Shown in pieces: positions 27,420-34,197 of a stretch of DNA of 34,197 nucleotides (the stretch's first letter is position 1; each line of letters begins with the position of its first letter). The notes beneath the pieces were generated by a model, which was not told where the DNA came from, made no database searches, and was given only the letters and a program-made list of their open reading frames with translations. The stretch is from Bdellovibrio sp. (lineage in GTDB: Bacteria > Bdellovibrionota > Bdellovibrionia > Bdellovibrionales > Bdellovibrionaceae): positions 1-34,197 of the forward strand of contig JBKCUU010000051.1 in the NCBI GenBank assembly GCA_046318155.1, in the 5' to 3' direction. Position numbers and translations under genes: made by a program.

Positions 27420-28010
27420 ATGGTTGAAACGCTGGTCTCTTGGGATCACTCACTTTTCTTGATGATCAATCACGTGTGGACTCACCCGGTCTTGGATTGG
27501 TTTTTTTCGAATTGGACGGATCTTCACAAGTTGCCTGTCTTTAAATTTTTTCTGTTACCCATCATTTTGGGCTGCGTTTTTTGGAAGCTCCGTTGGCGAG
27601 GTCTGTGTTTTCTTCCTTTTGTTACCATAGCCGTCGGAATCAGCGACGGACTCTGCGGCAAGGTCCTTAAGTTCTATTTCGAGCGCGCTCGCCCCCCCGT
27701 TGCCGGACTCGATGCGATCATGCGAGCACCCCATTATGGCGGTTATTCGTTTCCGTCCAACCACGCGGCCAATATGTTTTGCTTTGCTGTTTTTGTGACC
27801 TTTTATTTTCCTCAATTGCGATGGCCGCTCTTTTTAATGGCTTTTTTAACTGCGTACTCGCGTCCTTACACAGGTGTTCACTTTCCTTCAGACGTCGTCG
27901 GCGGCGCTCTCATTGGCGGCCTCATTGGTTGGGCCTGCGCCTTGGCTCTTCAGCCACTATGGAAAAAAGTTGAATTGCGTCTATCTCGGAAAGAGGGCGA
28001 GCATGTCTAA
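27420..28010 (+). CDS. PAP2-family membrane phosphatase (lipid or undecaprenyl phosphatase-like)
   Basis: Motifs KFYFERARP, SFPSNH and SRPYTGVHFPSD. Confidence 0.93.
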   Translation: MVETLVSWDHSLFLMINHVWTHPVLDWFFSNWTDLHKLPVFKFFLLPIILGCVFWKLRWRGLCFLPFVTIAVGISDGLCGKVLKFYFERARPPVAGLDAIMRAPHYGGYSFPSNHAANMFCFAVFVTFYFPQLRWPLFLMAFLTAYSRPYTGVHFPSDVVGGALIGGLIGWACALALQPLWKKVELRLSRKEGEHV

Positions 28011-28995
28011 AGTCTTAGTGACGGGAGCAAATGGTTTCTTGGGAAGCTGGCTTGTTCGAACACTGAATGAGCAGGGTCACGAGGTCTCGATCCTAGCTCG
28101 AAAAAGCTCAGATCTTTCTGAGCTCGAGGGCCTTGAGTACAAGACTTTTTTTGGCGATGTCACCCAACCAGAAACCTTACTTCAAGCGTTTCCTGGTCAC
28201 GAGACAGTTTTTCACCTTGCAGGAGTTGTCGCTTACAAAAAGGCCGACCGCCCACTGATGCAAAAAGTAAACGTCGGCGGTACGCAGAATGTCCTTTCTG
28301 CCATCGTTCCAACCAATGTTTCAAAACTCGTTTATCTGAGCTCAGTTGTTGCGATAGGGGCCGGGCTTAGTCCAAAACAGGTTTTAGATGAAGACTCCTC
28401 GTTTAATATCCATCACCTTGATTTGGGATACTTTGAAACCAAACACGACGGCGAGCTTTTAGTTCGAGCCGCCTGTGATTTGAAAAAAGTCGATGCCGTC
28501 ATTCTGAACCCCAGTACGATTTATGGCCCCGGCGATGCAAAAAAAGGCAGCCGAAAAACTCAGCTCAAAGTGGCACAAGGTAAGTTCCCATTTTACACGA
28601 ACGGCGGCGTGAACGTCGTTGACGTCGACGATTGTATCTCTGGAATTTTAGCCGCCTGGAAAAAGGGGCGCACGGGCGAACGCTACATCCTGGCTGGCGA
28701 AAATATCACTATTCAAGATTTGTTCAAACTCATCGCTGAAAGTGCTGGCGTCCCGGCCCCCAGCAAACGCCTGCCGCCGTGGGCGCTGTACTCCTTAGGC
28801 TGGATTGGCGATCGAATGACAGCCGTGGGACTTAAAGGTCCGGTGAGCATGGAGAACGCTTACACCTCACAAATGTATCACTGGTTTGACAATTCGAAGG
28901 CTGTCCGCGAGTTGGGTTTTCAAGCGCGACCTGCTCGTAAAGCCATCGAGAAAAGTGTCGGCTGGATGCGTGAACAGGGATTACTGCAAAGATGA
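28003..28995 (+). CDS. NAD-dependent epimerase/dehydratase (extended SDR, dihydroflavonol-reductase/HpnA-like)
   Basis: Start ATG 28003 with GAGGG SD; VTGANGFLG, FHLAG, YFETK (YxxxK), GERYILAGEN. Confidence 0.92.
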   Translation: MSKVLVTGANGFLGSWLVRTLNEQGHEVSILARKSSDLSELEGLEYKTFFGDVTQPETLLQAFPGHETVFHLAGVVAYKKADRPLMQKVNVGGTQNVLSAIVPTNVSKLVYLSSVVAIGAGLSPKQVLDEDSSFNIHHLDLGYFETKHDGELLVRAACDLKKVDAVILNPSTIYGPGDAKKGSRKTQLKVAQGKFPFYTNGGVNVVDVDDCISGILAAWKKGRTGERYILAGENITIQDLFKLIAESAGVPAPSKRLPPWALYSLGWIGDRMTAVGLKGPVSMENAYTSQMYHWFDNSKAVRELGFQARPARKAIEKSVGWMREQGLLQR

Positions 28996-29828
28996 AAGTC
29001 GTGAGCAGCACACTGAAGCTAGTTTTACTTGTCGCGGGCTCAATTTCTTTGCTGTTTTTGTTTGTCGCGAGTGTTTTCATTGGGCAGATTCCGTCGGACA
29101 AAGAAATCCGCTCTTGTCTGACAACAAAGCTGCATAAAGTTCAGCTTTGTCCCGGCTCGTCTTCGTATGTGAGGTACAATCAAATTTCACCTTACCTCGT
29201 GAAGGCCACTGTTTTAACCGAAGACTCCTCATTTTGGCAGCACAACGGTTTTGATTTTGGCGAGTTGCAAAAGAGCCTTGAAACAAATCTAAAAAAGGGA
29301 CGTTACGCTCGTGGTGGCTCGACGATCACTCAGCAATTGGCCAAAAATCTATTTCTTTCAAAAGAAAAGACCCTTACTCGCAAAGGACTCGAGGCCGTGA
29401 TTACGCTTCGGCTCGAAAAAATCCTGACCAAGAAAGAGATTCTTGAGCGTTACTTTAACGTCGTTCAGTTCGGCAAAAATCTTTACGGCGTCAAGCAAGC
29501 GGCTCAATTTTACTTTAAAAAGTCACCCTCTCAACTCGACGTCGTTGAGTCTGCCTTTTTGACCTTTTTGCTTCCAAGTCCAGAAAACTACTCGAAATCT
29601 TTTTTTAAGAAACAGCTAACACCCTTTGCTCGAGCTCGCTTAAATCAGATTATTGACCGTATGTACGAGTATGAGCGGATTAATGGTGTGGAGTATGAGC
29701 AGGCTCGTACCCGATTGGCAGGCTTATGGGACCCTCCTTCAGAAACAATCGAAGAAAATCCTGAAGTCGAAGCCATTAACGAAGAAAAAGTCGAACAAGA
29801 GATTGAGCAATTTGGCGAAGAACTTTAG
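28992..29828 (+). CDS. mtgA: Monofunctional peptidoglycan glycosyltransferase (GT51)
   Basis: EDSSFWQHNG, RGGSTITQQLAKNLF, RKGLE, KKEILERYFN; N-terminal TM; no transpeptidase domain. Confidence 0.93.
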   Translation: MKVVSSTLKLVLLVAGSISLLFLFVASVFIGQIPSDKEIRSCLTTKLHKVQLCPGSSSYVRYNQISPYLVKATVLTEDSSFWQHNGFDFGELQKSLETNLKKGRYARGGSTITQQLAKNLFLSKEKTLTRKGLEAVITLRLEKILTKKEILERYFNVVQFGKNLYGVKQAAQFYFKKSPSQLDVVESAFLTFLLPSPENYSKSFFKKQLTPFARARLNQIIDRMYEYERINGVEYEQARTRLAGLWDPPSETIEENPEVEAINEEKVEQEIEQFGEEL

Positions 29829-30604
29829 TCGATCAAGCGTCGCTCAAACGAGCGCGCGGTTATTCGAGTCAGCACCGCAAACAACAAAATCAAGAAGGCG
29901 ACATTGACAACAAGCATAGCTGAAAACTGGCCCTGCTCAATTGCGCGTGTTGCGGCCACGACGTGAGTCAGCGGTGATAAATAAGATAGGACCTGCATGG
30001 CCTGTGGCAATGCGTCCAGGGGAAAATAAGTCCCACTAAAAAGCGAGAGCGGCACAATCAGGCCCGAGCTGGGATAAATAATCTGGTCATAGTTTTTCAC
30101 GATCGATGTAAAGAGCATCCCGAGCATTGCAAAAAAACATGAGGATAAAAAAATCACCGGCAAAGCTAAGATAATTTTTACCGACCCAACCGCACCCATC
30201 ATCGAGGCAATGGCCAAGACACCAATAGCACTAAACATCGCCTTGGAAGCTCCCCACAAAACTTCACCACCCAATAAATGATTGGGCATCATCGGAGTTA
30301 GCAAAGCCGTTTGATAGAGCTTGGTGTGGGAGAGCTTGGTAAAATTAGCGTACGTGCACTCAAAAAAAGCGACCAACATCGTGGTGTTACAAAGAAGTGC
30401 TGGAAGGAAGAACTCCAGATAGCTGACTCCATTGACCTGCGGAACATAGGATCCCAAGCCGTAGCCCAACGCCGCTAACACAAATAAGGGTTCCAGGACA
30501 ATCCAAAAAACAGAGACGAGCCAGGTCTTACGAAACTGCAAAAAATTTCGAGACCAGACCGATCGCATCGATTCCCAATTTGTGGGCAGCGAGAGCGATT
30601 TCAC
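29825..30604 (-). CDS. ABC-2 type exporter permease (NodJ-like)
   Basis: Six hydrophobic segments; LEPLF..LGYGLG, FSGTYFP, SPLTH; coupled to the upstream ATPase. Confidence 0.9.
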   Translation of the reverse strand: MKSLSLPTNWESMRSVWSRNFLQFRKTWLVSVFWIVLEPLFVLAALGYGLGSYVPQVNGVSYLEFFLPALLCNTTMLVAFFECTYANFTKLSHTKLYQTALLTPMMPNHLLGGEVLWGASKAMFSAIGVLAIASMMGAVGSVKIILALPVIFLSSCFFAMLGMLFTSIVKNYDQIIYPSSGLIVPLSLFSGTYFPLDALPQAMQVLSYLSPLTHVVAATRAIEQGQFSAMLVVNVAFLILLFAVLTRITARSFERRLID

Positions 30605-31530
30605 GTGGCCACTCCTTCATTTAGGCCTGACCCCGTTAGCTTTAAGAAGACATCATTCAGATTTGGCTTACGCACACTCATCGACGAACTCTTAAAACTT
30701 TTTACCAAGTCTGTTTCTGAAAGTTCGGGATTCACTCGTGCCAAAATCGAATCCCCAAATACCTGATAGTCGACTTGTTTCTCGCGCAAACGGTTTGAGT
30801 AGTAGGCCAAGTCACCGCTGTTCACTTTAAATTCAACGACTTCAAATCCCCAGTGTTTTTCGATCAATAGTTGCGGAGTTCCGAGTTCTATCAGTTTACC
30901 TTTGTTGATCAAGGCCACTTGCTGGCAAAGCAGCTCCGCCTCTTCCATATTGTGTGTGGTTAAAATCATCGTGCGACCCTGCTCACGCTGGGATCTTAAG
31001 AAATTCCAAGCCCACATCCTTGCCTGCGGATCCAGTGAGACCGTTGGCTCATCCAAGATGAGAAGTTCCGGATCTCCCAAGAGAGCACGAATAAAGGCAA
31101 GTTTACGCTTCATGCCTCCGCTTAGGGTTTCAACCAGCTGGTCGGCACGGTTGTCTAAGGCGACAGACTTCAAAAGTTCATGGATTCGATCTTCTGCGGC
31201 GGTTTTTTCAAAACCCAGGTACCGGCTAAAAACAAGAAGGTTCTCAAAAACAGTCAGTTCCGGATCAAGTCCATCTCCTTGGGGAACGACACCGACTCGG
31301 CTTTTAATTTCGCGCAAAGAGGATTGGATCGAGAGTCCTAAAATGAAGAGCTCCCCCTCTTGGACCCTGGTCGATCCCGAAAGCATTCGAAGCAAAGTTG
31401 TTTTGCCCGCACCATTAGGTCCAAGTAGCCCAAAGCATTGTCCTTTAGGAACGTCAAAGGTCACACCCTTCACCACTGTTTGTTCGCCATAGGACTTTTT
31501 TAAGTTGCGAATTTCGATTACCAGTTCCAT
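30601..31530 (-). CDS. ABC exporter ATP-binding protein (NodI-like)
   Basis: GPNGAGKTT, LSGGMKRKL, LILDEPT, TTHNMEEAE, C-terminal NLNDVFLKLTG. Confidence 0.93.
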   Translation of the reverse strand: MELVIEIRNLKKSYGEQTVVKGVTFDVPKGQCFGLLGPNGAGKTTLLRMLSGSTRVQEGELFILGLSIQSSLREIKSRVGVVPQGDGLDPELTVFENLLVFSRYLGFEKTAAEDRIHELLKSVALDNRADQLVETLSGGMKRKLAFIRALLGDPELLILDEPTVSLDPQARMWAWNFLRSQREQGRTMILTTHNMEEAELLCQQVALINKGKLIELGTPQLLIEKHWGFEVVEFKVNSGDLAYYSNRLREKQVDYQVFGDSILARVNPELSETDLVKSFKSSSMSVRKPNLNDVFLKLTGSGLNEGVAT

Positions 31531-31701
31531 CAAGTTATTCTGACTTTAATTAGACCGGCGCACAACAGGACATGCCGATGCAGACACCAAACAGGATACC
31601 CTCACCATGACTTTCGTCGCGGATCGACTCCGGTTGATGGCAGAGCACCGTCAAGTTTCTGCAAAATTATGTTTGATGGTCTCTTGAATGATGGATCAGC
31701 T

Positions 31702-31734
31702 AAAAAACGAAAGGCCCCTTAACGAGCCTTTCGT
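31702..31734 (-). terminator. Rho-independent terminator after typA
   Basis: Minus strand ACGAAAGGCTC-GTTAAG-GGGCCTTTCGT followed by TTTTT. Confidence 0.88.
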
Positions 31735-31761
31735 GATCATTATTAAATTTTCTCTTCAGAT

Positions 31762-33588
31762 TTACTCGGCTGAAGACTGAGCACTTCGTTTACGTTTGTG
31801 AGGATCAAGTTCACGGCAACGGATACGAACAAAGTTCGGCGTTGCTTCGACAAGATCATCATCCGTAATCCACTCGATCGCCTGGTCCAAGCCCATTTGC
31901 TGAACAGGAATCAGAGTCAGTTTTTCCTCGGCACCAGAAGAGCGAACGTTTGTCAGTTTTTTCTCACGAACCGCATTGACGTCCAAATCATTTTCTTTGG
32001 CGTGCTCGCCGATGATCATCCCACCATAAACTTCAACGCCTGCACCAAGTAACAAACGACCACGCTCTTGCAAATTGTAAAGGGCGTAAGCAGTCGTCAC
32101 ACCTTGACGGTCGGAAATCATCGAACCGTTACGACGCGCCAAGATTTCGCCGCGGAAATCGTCCCAGCCATCAAACTGAGTGTTAAGAAGTCCTGTACCT
32201 CGAGTATCTGTCATGAACTCCGATCGGTAACCGATCAAACCACGAGCGGGGATGCGGAACTCGAGCCGAGTACGTCCCGAACCTTTAGACATCATATTCA
32301 TCATGACACCTTTTCGGATCCCAAGCTTTTCGGTCACGATACCAACGTAAGCATCGGCCACGTCGATGACGACCATTTCGAAAGGCTCTTTTTTGACGCC
32401 ATTTTCTTCTTTGAACAAAACCTGCGGTTTCGACGCCAAAAGTTCAAACCCTTCGCGGCGCATTTGTTCGATCAAAACGCCCAGCTGCAATTCGCCGCGG
32501 CCGATGACCTTGAAGGCTTCGTTCGAAGGCATTTTTTCCATGCGGATCGCAACGTTGCTCAAAAGTTCGCGCTCGAGACGGTCTAAGATTTGGCGTGAAG
32601 TTACCTTTTTGCCATCTCGTCCTGCAAAGGGACCATCGTTGACCGAGAAAACCATCGCAACGGTGGGCTCTTCAACTTTGATACGAGGCAAAGGCTTTGG
32701 AGCCGCGACCGAGGTCAAAGTGTCACCGATTTGAAAATCTTCAAGACCCGCAACGATCGCGATATCCCCGGCACCGATTTCATCAACGGGAGCAGGCGAA
32801 TTAACTTTGTACTGGTACAACGCCGAAACTTTGACTTTTTTAGTCGCGCTTTCTTGAACGCATAGAATCTCATCGCCGACTTTGATTTTTCCCGCGCGAA
32901 CACGGCCGATCGCCAAACGACCAACAAAAGAGCTGTAAGACAGATTCGAAATCATGATCTGCAAAGAGGTTTCGTTTTTATCAACCACTGGCGGGGGAAC
33001 TTCGTTGATAATCTTTTCGTACAACACTTCGAGTGAATTGGTTTTTACTTTGGGGTCAAGTGTCGCCATACCTTCGCGAGCAATCGCGTAAACTGGTTGG
33101 AAATCCAAAGCAGAATCAGGAGCATCAAGGTCGACCATTAAGTCGAAAACTTCGTTCAAGACTTCGTCAGCGCGAGCATCCGAACGGTCGATCTTGTTGA
33201 TGCAAACCAAAACTTTCAATTTCTGTTCAAGCGCTTTACGCAAAACGAAACGCGTTTGCGGGAGAGGACCTTCAGAAGCATCACAAAGCAAGATTGCGCC
33301 ATCAACCATGTTCAAAACACGCTCGACTTCGCCGCCGAAGTCGCTATGCCCGGGAGTGTCGACGATGTTGATCTTGTAGTCTTTATATACAAACGAAGCA
33401 TTTTTGGCCGCGATCGTAATCCCGCGTTCTTTCTCAAGGTCCATCGAGTCCATCAAACGGTCTTCGACGTGTTCGTTATCTCGGAAAGTTCCGGCTTGTT
33501 TAATCAAGTGATCGACGAGTGTTGTCTTCCCATGATCGACGTGAGCAATGATCGCAATATTTCTAATTTTCTCGGGATCCATCACCAT
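31762..33588 (-). CDS. typA: Translational GTPase TypA/BipA
   Basis: [63 protein letters not shown] 33588 sits 8 nt after AAGGAG. Confidence 0.98.
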   Translation of the reverse strand: MVMDPEKIRNIAIIAHVDHGKTTLVDHLIKQAGTFRDNEHVEDRLMDSMDLEKERGITIAAKNASFVYKDYKINIVDTPGHSDFGGEVERVLNMVDGAILLCDASEGPLPQTRFVLRKALEQKLKVLVCINKIDRSDARADEVLNEVFDLMVDLDAPDSALDFQPVYAIAREGMATLDPKVKTNSLEVLYEKIINEVPPPVVDKNETSLQIMISNLSYSSFVGRLAIGRVRAGKIKVGDEILCVQESATKKVKVSALYQYKVNSPAPVDEIGAGDIAIVAGLEDFQIGDTLTSVAAPKPLPRIKVEEPTVAMVFSVNDGPFAGRDGKKVTSRQILDRLERELLSNVAIRMEKMPSNEAFKVIGRGELQLGVLIEQMRREGFELLASKPQVLFKEENGVKKEPFEMVVIDVADAYVGIVTEKLGIRKGVMMNMMSKGSGRTRLEFRIPARGLIGYRSEFMTDTRGTGLLNTQFDGWDDFRGEILARRNGSMISDRQGVTTAYALYNLQERGRLLLGAGVEVYGGMIIGEHAKENDLDVNAVREKKLTNVRSSGAEEKLTLIPVQQMGLDQAIEWITDDDLVEATPNFVRIRCRELDPHKRKRSAQSSAE

Positions 33589-33606
33589 GTGAATCACTCC
33601 TTCGGT

Positions 33607-34197
33607 TTAACCGTGTCCACCCATTAGGAACGCCTCACTCGAGGTGTCTGCTTGGGATACTTCGTTTAATGTATTAAAATAGTTCAATGCCAGGTCGGTG
33701 ACTTCGTCGGTCGTCTTGGCTTGAAAAATCTGTTTTCTAAATTGAGCTGCGCCAGGATACCCTGTTGCGAACCAAGCCGCAAATTTCTTCAGCTGAATCT
33801 GAGTGATCCGGTCTTCACAACGCGCCACAATGGCCACTTTCAAAGCGATGAACAGAGTTCCAAAGTCCCGTTTCAGGGTTTTGTCAGGTTGTTCACCACG
33901 GTAGAGGGCCAAGGCGTCGCGAAAAATGTAAGGATTTTTCAGGGCTCCTCGGCCAATCATGACGCCATCACAGCCAGATTGCAGCAGGCAGTCGACCGCC
34001 TGCTGAGCAAACAGAATATCGCCATTTCCGATAATCGGGAGCTTCGCTTGGGATTTGACCTCGGCAATGTAATCCCAATCTGCTTGCCCGTTGTAAGCTT
34101 GAGCTCGGGTTCGGCCGTGAATCGCCACCCACGAAATTCCTTCATTGTAGGCGATCTTGACAACTTCGTCAGCATTTCGGGTACCGGCATCCCAACC
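33607..34197 (-). CDS. tRNA-dihydrouridine synthase, DusB-like (5' end truncated by window edge)
   Basis: The frame stays open to the window edge: GWDAGTRNADEVVKIAYNEGISWVAIHGRTRAQAYNGQADW..IIGNGDI..CDGVMIGRG. Confidence 0.93.
   Translation of the reverse strand, partial: GWDAGTRNADEVVKIAYNEGISWVAIHGRTRAQAYNGQADWDYIAEVKSQAKLPIIGNGDILFAQQAVDCLLQSGCDGVMIGRGALKNPYIFRDALALYRGEQPDKTLKRDFGTLFIALKVAIVARCEDRITQIQLKKFAAWFATGYPGAAQFRKQIFQAKTTDEVTDLALNYFNTLNEVSQADTSSEAFLMGGHG

Noticed and set aside
29825..31530. True nodulation genes nodI/nodJ
   Set aside because: Family resemblance only. There are no nodABC genes and the substrate is unknown, so no gene symbol was assigned.
30902..32734. Long plus-strand ORFs (196, 172 and 122 aa)
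   Set aside because: Antisense to the well-supported ABC ATPase and typA genes.

Overview
Chromosomal window of about 50% GC, most likely from a Bdellovibrionota (Bdellovibrio-like) bacterium. This is inferred from the FQNC-type lipoprotein signal, the many orphan secreted proteins and the gene context. Housekeeping content: xseB(partial)-xseA; an Rrf2-sufBCDS-nfu Fe-S operon; a GDPD-like gene with tolQ-tolR-tolA-tolB-glnE and a cyclophilin; a stand-alone motA-motB pair; PAP2, an NAD-dependent epimerase and mtgA; a NodIJ-like ABC exporter; typA; and a partial dus gene. An unannotated, compact (~160 nt) 6S RNA with its own sigma70-type promoter lies at ~1905-2065. Three two-gene cassettes of uncharacterised exported proteins are interspersed: (i) a HExxH zinc-metalloprotease lipoprotein plus an Ig-like partner; (ii) an FQNC lipoprotein with a 49-residue Thr/Ala stalk and a CxxCH motif plus a Cys-rich single-pass membrane protein with a Pro-repeat tail; (iii) a ~980-aa secreted protein with Gly/Ala-rich hydrophobic helices plus a secreted helical protein. 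The suf leader carries a perfect 12-5-12 palindrome and a terminator-like hairpin that buries the ribosome-binding site. A GTCTCA-N3-TGAGAC-like palindrome recurs in intergenic DNA. No CRISPR, tRNA, rRNA or mobile element was seen. All calls are by eye; no searches were run.
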